DNA of 64,000 nucleotides from assembly GCF_006345805.1 (NCBI RefSeq), contig NC_042997.1, positions 133,610,001 to 133,674,000 on the forward strand. Direction: 5' to 3'. Source of the stretch: Octopus sinensis. Its lineage: Eukaryota. The position numbers and the translations under genes are program-made. The notes beneath the pieces were generated by a model. That model was not told the DNA's origin and did no database searches. It saw only the letters and a list, made by a program, of their open reading frames with translations. Shown here in pieces: positions 1 to 12,509 of the stretch (position 1 is its first letter; the number at the start of each line of letters is the position of its first letter).

Positions 1-1044
1 ATCTTCTTAGACTAAGTAAATGATATCGATTTTTAATATAGGTACAAGGCCACAGGATTTGGAGGGAGAAAAGTAAGCGATTATTAAATCAACTGCAGTA
101 CTCAGTTGGTATTTAATTTATCCATCCCGGTAAACTGAAATGCAAAGTCGACCTCGATAGGAAATTGAGTCCAGAAGGTAGAGGCGGGTAAATTACTTAC
201 CGCATGGTGTTTAGTTTGTTTCTAGCATATTAACCGCATCGTTTAAAAGAAAAAAAATCAAAACAAAAACATGGTGTGAAGGAGGAGAGAGATAAGAGAG
301 AAGAAGAAGAAGTGGAGAGAGAATAGAAGAGAGAGAAAATAAGAGAAAGAGAGGAATATTAATACATGATGATATTTTTATCAAAGCTATATAAAGAAAG
401 TCCGTTGAAAACACATATATTGTACCGACCCACAAAAACGGCCAGTTAGTGTAGCCGAGTTAAACTAAACATTTTCTTCTTGACTTTATGGATAAGATAA
501 ATATTATTCGTTATAACTTGCACCTTATGGCAGTCTGTGTATAAAATAAGATTCCAAGCATTCACTAGTCATACCATTTGTTTTTTAAAAATATAATCTT
601 AAAACGTCATAATGAATTCCAATCTCCACTCCCAGCGATCTATTTATCTGCACGAACGTACACAAATACAACATAAAAACACATACGTAAACACACATGC
701 ATACATATTTGTGTGGATGTGCGTGTGTGTGTGTGTGTGCATTTATTGATACAGACAACTACTTGTCTCCCAGGAATCTTTAAGTTTACCATGTGTGTAT
801 GTGTGTACATGCATATGTATTAGTGTGTGTGTGTCTGTAACCTCTTTTTACCATTATTCTGTCAGTATGCTTATCAATCTATTGAGTACTAATACTATCA
901 ATCTGCAGATATTTATACATGTATGTATGTATGTATGTATGTATGTATGTTTGTATGTATGTATGTATATGTGGCTGGCATTCCTTCTGCCAGTGTATAT
1001 AAACTTACTTAAATGATAAAAGTAAATAACACTATGTATATATA

Positions 1045-1104
<60 letters not shown>

Positions 1105-1108
<4 letters not shown>

Positions 1109-1335
1109 CGTTTTTGTATTTGGTTTGCAAGAGTCTTTATGTGAGTTCGTGTGTTGAAGTATATTCTGTTGTGTCTGGGGCGAGTCATTCTCTTTTAGTG
1201 CCTTATAATTTAACACACTCACGGTAAAATTTCCACTTTATTTTAGAAAAAAAACAAAACAAGTGGAAATATTACCGGTGAGTGTGTTAAATTATAAGGC
1301 ACTAAAAGAGAATGATTCTCCCCAGACACAACACT
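1105..1335. repeat. Fold-back repeat (about 65-bp arms), same family as 53710-53972 and 54060-54325; probable Penelope-like terminal-repeat fragment
   Basis: tgtgtctgggg...ggtaaaatttccact is mirrored by agtggaaatattacc...ccccagacaca, and the same sequence recurs at about 53.7 and 54.1 kb. Confidence 0.75.
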
Positions 1336-1378
1336 ATATATATAAATTACATAATAGATATATAGAAAATATATATAT

Positions 1379-2457
1379 TGTTACGGTTGGCTAGGTGCAT
1401 TTCTGGTGACCCACATAGGAATAATGGCACCATGATGTCTGGTGAAATGTGACGGGTTCTTTGTCTAATGGAGGACTGATGGGTTTTGGAATGACCTGTG
1501 ACCTCGTGTGGTTGATAAGAGGGTCAGTGAGAATGTGAAAGAGGAAGACAGATTAAGGGAATCTAAGAGCAGATGGAGAGGCTAAGAGACAGCAGGCGAT
1601 ATAGATAGGGTATAAGGACCAGGGCAGTTAGAAAGGGTAAGAGCGATATAGACAGAGGGAGATGAGGGGAGTGGAAGAAGGACAGAGACGAAGTGAGGTC
1701 TGGTAGTTCGCAGTTGGTCGTCAAGAAGGGCAGTCGTTGAGCGGTCGTCGAAAAACACAGACGGATCTTGCAGTCGCTGGCCGGTCCTCGAGGAAGACAG
1801 ACGGACCTTGGATTTAAGGAGCAGGCGTTGGAATTCTTAGGAGCAAGTTGGATGCGAGAAAGCTTGGCGGCACGGAAGGGAATTGGCAGTATTCAGAGGA
1901 ATTAGCAGTATTGAGAGGAATGGGACACTGGCAGATTCAATTAGGAATTGAGGTATGTGTTTGTGCATTGATATGTGTCACGGTGTATTGAACAGTGAAA
2001 AGAACAGTCAAGGACTCTGTCGATGTGGTCGATTAAAGGACATTGTGAAGAAGAAGAGTAAAGGACTTGTTGATTGTGATGTTTAGGAAGAGACTTTAAA
2101 GAAAACTGTTGTCTTGGGACGTGTACTCTTGAATTGTTACATGATGTTGTATTATGCTTTGAGTTGTACTCTTGAAATGCTGTTGTATTATGTATTGAGT
2201 ATCACGTGCATGCTTGATGATATAGTTTGATGTTGTAACAATTGTAATTGTCGTATAAACTGTTGTTTGAATATAAGCCAGGGTTGCCAGTTGTTGCCTT
2301 GCCTCTTTGGGTTGTATCTCGGGTTGTGCCTCTGTATCTCTGTGCTGTTGAGGTTGTGGCAGTATCTATCTGTATCTCCTCTCTCCGCCTCTTTGGGTTC
2401 CGTGGCGGAACTTGTGTGAGCCGTTCGGGACGGGCGACGACGGATGATTCCGTAACA
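1379..2457. mobile_element. Solo LTR, Gypsy-like
   Basis: Begins TGTTACGG and ends CCGTAACA (8-bp terminal inverted repeat), with ATAT on both sides (4-bp TSD) in a TA-rich site. 1079 bp, no coding capacity. Confidence 0.8.
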
Positions 2458-2503
2458 ATATATTACAGAAATAAATATATAATATATAATATACTTACAT
2501 ATG

Positions 2504-2535
<32 letters not shown>

Positions 2536-2662
2536 AAAAGATTGTACAGCAGCTAACCTGGCTCCATCAAACTCAAACTCGCAGATGGAACTATCCACAA
2601 TACACAAGACCGCCACAGCAAATAGACCCAAGGTGGACACCGCCGGCAACAGCATACACCTC

Positions 2663-3619
2663 ACCTCGATGCTCCTACTGAACATCAGAGGACTGCTAAC
2701 ACTCAGTAATAGGACAAAAATCCCGTTCTTGAGAGACTTTGTTTCATGCAATCAAGCCTTATGCATAGCACTTACGGAAACACACCTGAAACCGGACATA
2801 GCAGATGTGGAATTACACATACCACAGTATGCTGTACTACGGACAGACAGAAAAGAAAAGAGTCATGGAGGAGTTGCTATGTACATCCGTGAGGACCTCA
2901 CACCCCAGGTCCTTTTGTCATACTCAAACTCGGTGTGTGACACACTAATTGTACATGTAAGGCAACTTGGTGTAGTTGTGTGTGCTACATATCGCCCTCC
3001 AGATGCCCCAAGCCATGTAGGCAAGTTTGAAGACTGCCTTATAAAAATAGAAGAAGTTCTAGTCACATTAGAACAACACATAAGTGTACTTCTTATGGGA
3101 GACTTCAATCTACCCAATGTCAGATGGCCCGAGGGCCTTTCTCTCCCAGGAATGACTCGATGTGAACGAGGACAGGCGAGGTCCTTCCTGAACCTCATCA
3201 ACACCCTGTACATGAAGCAAGTAATACTCCAACCAACCAGGACAGGTAACATACTGGATCTCTGCTTCACAAATAATATGGATCTCATCCATAATGTGAA
3301 AGTGACACCGACACTAATCTCGGATCACAACATGGTAGAGCTGACCATGTACGAGCCAAAGAAAAGCATGGACATGCAGCCTACAAGAAACTCTCAGAAT
3401 CTTTCCAGCTTGAACTTCCATAAGGCAAACTGGAAACAAATTGAGAAAGAGATCCTCAAACAAAACTGGCCTGAATGTCTCTCCTCGCCAGACATCGACA
3501 TGAAACTTCAACAATTCATGTCTGTAATGCAAGCAATATGCTACAAATGTGTCCCAGAGAGAAAGGCCACTGTACACAAGAACAAAATCCCCAGAGAGAG
3601 GAAAATTCTAATGAGATAG
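2663..3619 (+). pseudogene. LINE ORF2 apurinic-like endonuclease domain
   Basis: Exonuclease-endonuclease-phosphatase motifs in the ORF translation. Confidence 0.85.
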
Positions 3620-3720
3620 CGTACAAAAGTTTCAAATCGCCTAAACAAACAAATTGAAAGCAGTGAAAGAGCTTCCTTGCAACTGGCAAACTTCCAAGAA
3701 AACTGAAGGAAGGTAAAATA

Positions 3721-4620
3721 TGCCCTATTCATAAAGGAGGTAGCAGAGCGGAGGCCAAGAACTACAGACCTATCTCTCTGACCTCACACATCAGCAAGGT
3801 CATGGAACGAATAGTCAGAAGGAAACTAATCACCTTCCTTGAAGAAAATGACTTGCTGCCTGACACCCAACATGGTTTCCGACCAGGAAGAAGCTGCTTA
3901 ATTCTCAGCTCCTACAACACTATGACTGGGTGCTGAAACGACTGCTCAACCACTCAAATGTGGAAGTGATATATATATATCGACTTTGCAAAGGCCTTTG
4001 ATAAAGTCGATCATGGAATGATATGCCACAAACTGCGTGATCTTGGCATAGTTGGAAAATTGGGAGAATGGCTTCATGACTTTCTGAAGGATAGAAGTCA
4101 GGTGGTAGTAGCCAATGGGTCCACTTCCATTAACGCGCAAATAGTGCGCGGTGTTCCACAGGGCACTGTTTTGGGACCACTATTGTTCATAATGGCCCTC
4201 TCAGACATGCCCTCAACCACGCAGAGAGCCACGATCACAAGTTATGCAGATGATACAAAAGTTTCACAGGCAATACAGAACCCTGAAGACATTAAGCACC
4301 TGCAATGTGAGCTGGACAAAATATACAAGTGGGCTGAAAAGAATAGCATGCAGTTCAATGCTGAAAAGTTTCAAGCTTTATGCTATCAGCATGCAAAACT
4401 AAATGCAATACCCAATGAATACACTGGACCTGGAGGGATTGCAATCCCAGAGGCACAATCAGTGCGTGACCTGGGTATTTACATGAGTGATGACGCAACC
4501 TTTCATGTACATGTTGCTAAATTGGCAATGAAATGTAGGTGGCTGGCCGGATGGATTCTTAAAACCTTTAGAACAAGAGACCAAGAAACCATGGTGGTCC
4601 TCTGGAGGCACTTGTCCTAA
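3721..4620 (+). pseudogene. LINE ORF2 reverse transcriptase domain (frameshifted)
   Basis: YRPISL-like, QHGFRPGRSC, DFAKAFDKVDH, PQG and YADD motifs spread across frames. Confidence 0.88.
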
Positions 4621-5574
4621 GCCACTTTGACTATTGCTCTCAGCTATGGTCACCATCCAGTGTTAAGTTGATCACAGAACTTAAGGCGATCCAACGAAGC
4701 TACACGAAGAAGATAGCCTCTGTGCAGCATATAAGCTACTGAGAAAGACTCAAGAGATTAAGACTCTATTCCTTAGAGCGTAGGCGAGAAAGATTTGCCA
4801 TAATATACATCTGGAAGATCCTAGAAGGACTTGTCCCAAACTTTGGCATCGAGAGTTACACAAATGCCAGAACTGGGCGCCACTGCGTGGTGCCAAGGAC
4901 TCCAAATTTGCCATCAAGATGTAGGACAAGATACTGTGATAGCCTGGGCTTCAGAGGCCCACAGCTCTTCAATATCCTCCCGAAGAACCTGAGGGACCTG
5001 CATGGGGTGGATGCAGATGTCTTTAAAGTAGGACTGGATCTCTTCCTGTCAGTGTCCCAGATGAACCAACTTCACGGCAGGAGGTGCAGATGAGGGCAGC
5101 TGCATCGAACTCTCTCGTGTCACCAAATGGCAGTTGCTAAAAAGCATTCGTGAATAATATCATGTACACCACCAATGGCGGTGCCCCAGCATGGCCACAG
5201 CTCGTGAGCTGAAACTAGATAAAATAAAAATTAAAAAAATTAAAAAATATAATATATATATATATATATAATATCATAATATATAATACTATATATAATA
5301 TATATATATATATTACATATATATATATATATAATACGTGTGTGCGCGAGTGTGTGTGTGTGTATGAGATACATATATATGAAGGCATCTTTATATCCAA
5401 TTTAACGTTAGAGCGCTGAAAACGGCATTATTTACCTTAAAACGACCGCTCATAATGACCGCACAAAGGCACACGATATGTGTGCTTTTATGCACACTAC
5501 ATCCACATGATACATCCTTTAGAGGTAAATAACTCTATTTGGCTTTCTAACAAAATATCCACGTTAAGTTGGAT

Positions 5575-5741
5575 ATAAAGATTACCGTTTGGTACATTAT
5601 TTACATTATTTACATTTGACGGATATTTGTCCTCCTCTTGTTCGTTATTAACGCAACATTTCGGCTGATGTACCGTCCAGCCCTTATCTGGTGTCTTGGG
5701 GAAATTTCGAACCTGGGTTCTCCTTTATAAGGTATTTTCGA

Positions 5742-5810
<69 letters not shown>

Positions 5811-5830
5811 CATTGTTATTATTATCATTA
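5575..5830 (-). mobile_element. SINE family C, 3' half (head missing), with a decayed hammerhead motif at 5650-5695
   Basis: Homologous to the bodies at 31177-31330 and 48620-48790; has the (AAT)n block and the AATGTAAAT tail repeats. Confidence 0.8.
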
Positions 5831-5835
5831 TCATA

Positions 5836-6089
5836 GCCTTTGCACAGCTTCTAACGCTAGAGATGTACTACGGTGTCAGCCTTGCTATATTGTCGTGGCA
5901 TCTCTTATATTCCTTTTGGGCTAGTGGCGTACATTGGCTGGTAATATGCCAAACGGTTTCAATATTTTGTTCACAGATTCTACACTTATCACTTTCTGAT
6001 GTGTTGTCTATTCTATATTTTATATAGTTTGTTCTTAGTGCTTGCTCTTGGGCAGCACAGATTAGAGCCTCCGTTTCCAGTTTTAAATT
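5836..6089 (-). mobile_element. R4/Dong-type non-LTR retrotransposon fragment (zinc-knuckle region)
   Basis: Minus-strand translation ETEALICAAQEQALRTNYIKYRIDNTSESDKCRICEQNIETVWHITSQCTPLAQKEYK (CCHC knuckle); abuts (AAT)n. Confidence 0.8.
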
Positions 6090-6397
6090 ACAAACAACAT
6101 GCTGCCTTCGCTTCAGATTAGAAGCTACTAAGGTGCCAGGAAGAAAGACTTGTTACAGATTTTGCTTATCACTGTTTTATGGGGTCAGTTTTAATTGATT
6201 TCTGTCAACTCCCTCAGCCCTACCCCAACAGACACTGCTCCTTGTTCTCTCGGCCTTAGATATACAAAGATTTGATAAAACTAGTCTATAAATTAAAACT
6301 GACCCCATAAAGCAGTGATAAGCAAACTCTATAACAAGTCTTTCTTCCTAATACCTTAGTAGCTTCTAAGCTGAAGCGAAGCCAGCATGTTCTTTGT
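6090..6397. repeat. Inverted repeat, about 107-bp arms (6090-6196 / 6291-6397)
   Basis: The arms are reverse complements with scattered substitutions. Confidence 0.9.
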
Positions 6398-6482
6398 CTA
6401 TCTCCTTAACTTCTTGGAGATTTTAAGTAAACTTATACTAATGTGTCCATCTGTTTTAATTTAATTAAATTCTATGTTTTTG

Positions 6483-6568
6483 TGCAGCTGAGGATTGCTT
6501 TGCATTTAAATTGATGTAATGGTTTCATTGTTCAATTAAATGGAGTTGCGTGAAACGATCGTACTGCA
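6483..6568 (+). ncRNA. Type I hammerhead ribozyme candidate, intact core, long stem II
   Basis: TGCAG-CTGAGGA-[long hairpin]-GAAAC-GATC-GTA|CTGCA. Confidence 0.75.
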
Positions 6569-6682
6569 TTACCTCTGGATATCCTTGTTGCTTATTTTGG
6601 TTTTCATCACCTTATTTTGAAATTGTATGGATAATATCGTATTGGTGCCTCAACTTAAGTACCATATTCATCTGAATCTATC

Positions 6683-6751
<69 letters not shown>

Positions 6752-6823
6752 GTGTGTGTGTGTCTGTCTGTCTGTCTGTCTGTGTGTGAGTGTGTGTGTG
6801 TGTATGTGTGTGTGTGTGTGTGT

Positions 6824-6885
<62 letters not shown>

Positions 6886-7286
6886 AACTTGCCCTAATGT
6901 TACTGATTGTGAGCCCGTATATTTGAGATAGTCGATCAACGTCCCACGCCTTGCAATCGGTGTTCGCTATATTCAGTTCATAACAACAAGATTCATCTAT
7001 CCACAAAATGGCAAACTCTCATCTGGAATAATAGGCCTAATGCACCTACAGTTTTAACACCACCACCTGGTTCTCTCCTGCAAGCAATCAGATCAAACCC
7101 GCAGTTCTTTCTTACCCACATTTCTTTCTTGCACCTGATGACCTGTAAATATTCATTTTTGGACATCGGCCGAATCAGTTTTAGTTGTTCGTAATTGCTT
7201 TCAGAGATCATACACACCACTATCTTTCTTCTAATCAATGTGTGCGTGTGTGAGTGTATGTGTGTATAACTATATACGCATACACA

Positions 7287-7402
<116 letters not shown>

Positions 7403-7435
7403 TATATACTTAATATATATTGTGTGTATATATAT

Positions 7436-7500
<65 letters not shown>

Positions 7501-8050
7501 TGTTTTAAAGCTGTCGATAAGCACTGCAGGATAGGAAAAACTTTCCACTGTGAGTGGCATCAGTGCTACTACGACTGTAAATGCGAAATCTAATTAGGCA
7601 TCACAGCATGGTCTCCGCTCATCTCACTTTCCCAAGAAAGCCTACACGAAGACAAAGTCGTCCTTTGTGTTCTTCAAACCACATTGCAATATGGTGCTCA
7701 CTAATATGGATAAATATATATTCCTCCGTAGAAATAATATACGTTCTTGGCGGATGTTTGAAACGGTTGACACCTCCTAAAAAGTTTTCCTTCGTATTCT
7801 TACTTAACAAAATAAATGTTGTTTTTATTGCTACGAAACCTAACTACAATTAAAGACAGTCTGAGTCATAGGGCGGTTTTAGCAGATTTTATTGCCAGGA
7901 ATGTGAAGGCACCAGTGAATCCAAAGAACCAGTCTTCGGATATGTTGTAATGCTAATAAGGAATTTTTTTTTGATTGAAACATTTAATTGAAACGCACTT
8001 GAGGTTTAATGCACACTCTATTACTGGTACTTATTTCAACGACTCTAGAG

Positions 8051-8215
8051 CAGTGCTCCGTAACCGTTATGTCGCGGCACATTGGCGTGTGCCGCCGTGA
8101 CATTTAAATATAATTTTTTTCCTATACTTTCAGTTATATTTTTAGTTCAGGTGTTCTACCGAATTTCGAAAAATATGTATGTGTGCCGCAAGTGAAAAAA
8201 GGTTGCAGAGCACTT
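8051..8215. mobile_element. hAT (Charlie-like) MITE
   Basis: 15-bp TIRs cagtgctccgtaacc / ggttgcagagcactt, with 8-bp TSD ctctagag / ttctagag matching the NTCTAGAN preference of Charlie elements. Confidence 0.8.
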
Positions 8216-8410
8216 TTCTAGAGCGAGGAAATTCAGACTCGATCGAACTAAAGAAAATAAGGAACTGTTGTCTACTATATTCACCCCTTTTCTTGTAAAA
8301 AGGAGGTGCTGAGGATGGGGTTTTCTTGGTAAATTTAGTCCCGTTTCTCTTTCATTGAATTCTCTGTCCTCTATAATTTAGTTTGATGCTTGTCATATTC
8401 TTTTCTACTC

Positions 8411-9141
8411 TAGGCACAAGGTCCGAAATTTTGGGTGGGGGAACCAGTTGACCTCAGTGCACAACAGGTATTTCATTTATCGACCGCGAAAGGATGAAAG
8501 GCAATGTCGACCTCGGCGGAATTTGAACTCAGAACATAAAGACAGACGAAATACCTATTTCTTTACTACCCACAAGGAGCTAAACACAGAGAGGACAAAC
8601 AAGGACAGACATACGGATTAAGTCGATTATATCGACCCCAGTGCGTAACTGGTACTTATTTAATCGGCCCCGAAAGGATGAAAGGCAAAGTCGACCTCGA
8701 TGGAATTTGAACTCAGAACGTAGCGGCAGACGAAATACCTATTTCTTTACTACCCACAAGGGGCTAAACACAGAGGGGACAAACAAGAACAGACATAGGT
8801 ATTAAGTCGATTACATCGAACCCAGTGCTTAACTGGTACTTAATTTATCGACCCCGAAAGGATGAAAGGCAATGTCGACCTCGGCGGAATTTGAACTCAG
8901 AACATAAAGACAGACGAAATACCTATTTCTTTACTACCCACAAGGAGCTAAACACAGAGAGGACAAACAAGGACAGACAAACGGATTAAGTCGATTATAT
9001 CGACCCCAGTGCGTAACTGGTACTTATTTAATCGGCCCCGAAAGGATGAAAGGCAAAGTCGACCTCGGCGGAATTTGAACTCAGAACGTAGCGGCAGACG
9101 AAATACCGCTAAGCATTTCGCCCGGCGCGCTAACGATTCTG
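8411..9141 (-). mobile_element. Tandem array of SINE family A (three 184-bp young units joined to an older copy)
   Basis: Units start at 8556, 8740 and 8924, each joined at gacgaaatacc|tatttc; only the last unit carries the tRNA-like head. Confidence 0.9.
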
Positions 9142-9686
9142 CCTTAATGTTTGTCCTGTTAAGTCAGAGACCTGCATTGTTTAGCTCGGTGTCTATCATA
9201 TTTGGTCTGGTAGTGCTATATTTAGCTCGATGTCTATCATATTCAACCTGATATCTAATATATTTGGTTCAGTACTTATCACATTTAGTGTGATATCTCT
9301 TTATCTAATGAGGACGGAAACAAACCAGCACTGGATGTCAAGCGGTGAGGGAACCAAATCACAAAGACACTCGCACATAATATACATAAAAACATAAATA
9401 TGCACTTGCTCGCGCACATACGCACACACGCGCGCGCACATACACACACACGCGCGCGCACATCCATGCACGCACATACACATGCACACGACTAGAAGCA
9501 CTTGATGTGCGACAATTATACCGTTCAAATTTCACCCTTAATGTTAATCTCTTCAAACACCCGTCGAGTGTGCATACATACGCACACTATGCAGTCGTGG
9601 GTGGGCTATGGCGTAACACAAAGAGCACAGTAATAATACGAGACAGGATCAATGCCCGTGTTCCTTTTACCTTATTATATATATAG

Positions 9687-9718
<32 letters not shown>

Positions 9719-9750
9719 TTCGAAAAAAAAAAAAATATATATATATATAT

Positions 9751-10049
9751 ATCACCGTGATTACCGTGACCGACTGGGATATCAGATGTTGCTACACATC
9801 GCTGGTCACAATGCGCTTTGCATTGTTTTAGCCTTCAAATGACGCCACCCCGCAGGCTAAGCGAGCAGGCCAACAGAAGAAAGAGTGAGAGAAAGTTGTG
9901 GCGAAAGAGTACAGCAGAGGTCGCCACCAACCCTGCCGTGGCCTCATGGAGCCTTAGGCGTTTTCGCTCAATAAACACTCACAACGCCCGGTCTGGGGAT
10001 CGAAACCGCGAGTCCGCTGCCCTAATCACTGGGCCATTGCGCCTCCACG
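9751..10049 (-). mobile_element. tRNA-derived SINE family D
   Basis: Minus-strand head GGAGGCGCAATGGCCCAGTGATTAGG...GGTTTCGATCCC (A and B boxes) and a short repeated tail cacggtaatcacggtgat. Confidence 0.7.
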
Positions 10050-10080
<31 letters not shown>

Positions 10081-10113
10081 CACTACACACACACACACAC
10101 ACACACACACCAC

Positions 10114-10179
<66 letters not shown>

Positions 10180-10712
10180 CCTCTCATAAGCTCGTCTTCC
10201 AAGCGTTCATAATATTTTTTCTATTGTCTTTGCTTAACAGCCTTCACCGTTTGTTTTTACTGTTTTGTTCTCACTGTCCTGTTCTTGTTACCACTTTCAC
10301 CCTCCGCAAAAAATGCCATAGTTTATTTGATTTGCTTTCCGGGAAGGACTGTTTCAACGATGTCGCGTATTATCCTTACCTTCGAAACGCGGAGTAGATG
10401 AAACAGGGACAACAGAAGAAGGGGAATATTCTTTTTCTTGCATGTCTCGTTTCTCTCTTTTTTTCGCTGTTCCAAAAAAAGTTCGTTTCTATGTTTTTGT
10501 TTTTATGTTTTCGTTTCGCATTGTGTTCAACGTTTATTTGATGTCCTGTACCCATATATGCATGTATATATACATATATATGTAGGTATGTACATATGTG
10601 AATGTATATATGCATATATTTATATATTATTCATATTATATATATATGTATGTATGTATGTAGGTATGTATGTATGTATGTATGTATGTATGTATATGTA
10701 TGTATGTATTAT

Positions 10713-10777
<65 letters not shown>

Positions 10778-10812
10778 ATGTATGTTGAATGTATGTATGT
10801 ATGTATATATTT

Positions 10813-10860
<48 letters not shown>

Positions 10861-10912
10861 CGCCATGATACATCGGTAGCCACATTTTTTCTCTCCTTGT
10901 TTTTCTGTGTCC

Positions 10913-10948
10913 CTTTCTGTAGAAGAGCGTAGGATCGAAATGTAAAAG
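10913..10948 (+). ncRNA. Degenerate minimal hammerhead-like motif (same family as 24345-24380)
   Basis: CTTT-CTGTAGA-A-GAGC gtag GATC-GAAAT-GTA|AAAG. Confidence 0.35.
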
Positions 10949-10996
10949 ACTTTTTCAATTCCGCTATGGTCTTACCACTAAGAAACTGTCTTGAGA

Positions 10997-11084
<88 letters not shown>

Positions 11085-11534
11085 ATCACCCTCATTATTC
11101 CATTCCTACTATCAAATTATCTTGATTGACCACTAACTGGTACACCTTCCTTATTATCTCTCGCCTTGTTTTTCTTTTTTCTTTTTCGTTTCTTTTCTTT
11201 ATTCTTCTCTTCCTCTTTTTTCTCCTCTTTTTTCTCTTTTCTTTATTCTTCTCTTCCTGTTTTCGATTTGACCTACAAATACATACCCATTTTTTAGGTC
11301 ACTTTAAATAAAACCCTTGATTCAATAACACTATATACTTGGAATGACCAATTTTAGATATTATTGGATTTTACTCACAAGGTATTGGAATTTTTATGTA
11401 TACCATTCTGCCTAAATAATGGATCTACAAATGCAATATTCTTGCATATCTCACATCTATTCCATTCCTTCACTTCACTCTCTATTTCGTATCTTATCTA
11501 AATTAAATATTGCCTAAACATATTCTCTCACACC

Positions 11535-11582
11535 ATCTCCGATGAAGGGATATAATAAATATCCTGGAAACAGCTCTAAGTC
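11535..11582 (+). ncRNA. Decayed minimal hammerhead-like motif
   Basis: ATCT-CCGATGA-A-GGGATA taataaa TATCCT-G-GAAAC-AGCT-CTA; core substitutions present. Confidence 0.35.
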
Positions 11583-11680
11583 ATTCTATTTATAAATGTT
11601 CTAAAAATCTTCACAGCCTTGATTTTTTATCTCATTCTGAAAAAAAATTTATATATATATATATATATATACATATATAT

Positions 11681-11848
11681 AGGCGCAGGAGGGGCTGTGT
11701 TGTAAATAGCTTGCTTACCAACCACATGGATCCGGGTTCAGTCCCACTGCGTGGCATCTCGGGCAAGTGTCTTCTACTATAGCCTCGGGCCGACCAAAGC
11801 CTTGTGAGTGGATTTGGTAGACGGAAACTGAAAGAAGCACGTCGTATT

Positions 11849-11920
<72 letters not shown>

Positions 11921-12140
11921 GTGTGTATGTTTGTGTGTCTGTGTTTGTTCCCCTAGCATTGCTTGACAACCGATCTGGTGTGTTTACGTCGCCGTCCTTT
12001 AGCGGTTCGGCAAAAGCAACCGATAAAATAAGTACTGGGCTTACAAGGAATAAGTCCTGGGATCGATTTGCGCGACTAAAGGCGCTGCTCCAGCATGGCC
12101 GCAGTCAAATGGCTGAAACAAGTAAAAGAGTAAAAGAGTA
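11681..12140 (+). mobile_element. SINE family B (CORE-type, octopus OR2-like), full length
   Basis: tRNA-like head, CORE-like ggcatctcgggcaagtgtcttc, internal (TA)n, and a tail ending in gtaaaaga repeats. Confidence 0.85.
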
Positions 12141-12220
12141 TATATTTATTCACACACACACACACACACACATACACACACACACACATACACACACACT
12201 CACACACACATACACACACA

Positions 12221-12261
<41 letters not shown>

Positions 12262-12509
12262 ACACAACACAGGCTTACACAGTTTTTGTCAACCAAATTC
12301 ATTCATAAGGTCGGGGTCTCTAGTAGAACAGACTTGCTCAAGGCGCTGCACTAGGACTGAACCTGAAACCACAAGCATCGTAGCCACACAGCCATGCGTA
12401 CTGCTATCCTTGCCATATTTAGACTGTTATCTGCCATGTTTGGCTTTGGTGTCTTTCATTTTCAATCTGATACTCTAACGACTCTGCCATGTCGCCAGTT
12501 TTGAAGGAT

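Larger units (their letters stand above)
2531..5245 (+). mobile_element. 5'-truncated, decayed CR1/L2-group LINE (APE endonuclease + reverse transcriptase)
   Basis: APE motifs (NIRGL, ALTETHL, GGVAMY, YRPP, MGDFNLP, NILDL, SDH) in ORF 2501-3619; RT motifs GVPQGTVLGPLLF and YADDTK in 4018-4620. Frameshifts, an apparent internal deletion near 3720, and an A-rich tail after 5215. Confidence 0.92.

Noticed and set aside
2188-2751. 187-aa ORF spanning the LTR/LINE junction
   Set aside because: A chance read-through across unrelated elements and (TA)n.
8556-9141. Regularly spaced repeats resembling a CRISPR array
   Set aside because: Whole 184-bp units are homologous (no unique spacers), they derive from a SINE, and the context is eukaryotic.
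10340-10400. GAAGG...CCTTC-GAAACGCG hammerhead-like remnant
   Set aside because: No recognisable CTGANGA or stem I, so it is too degenerate to call.
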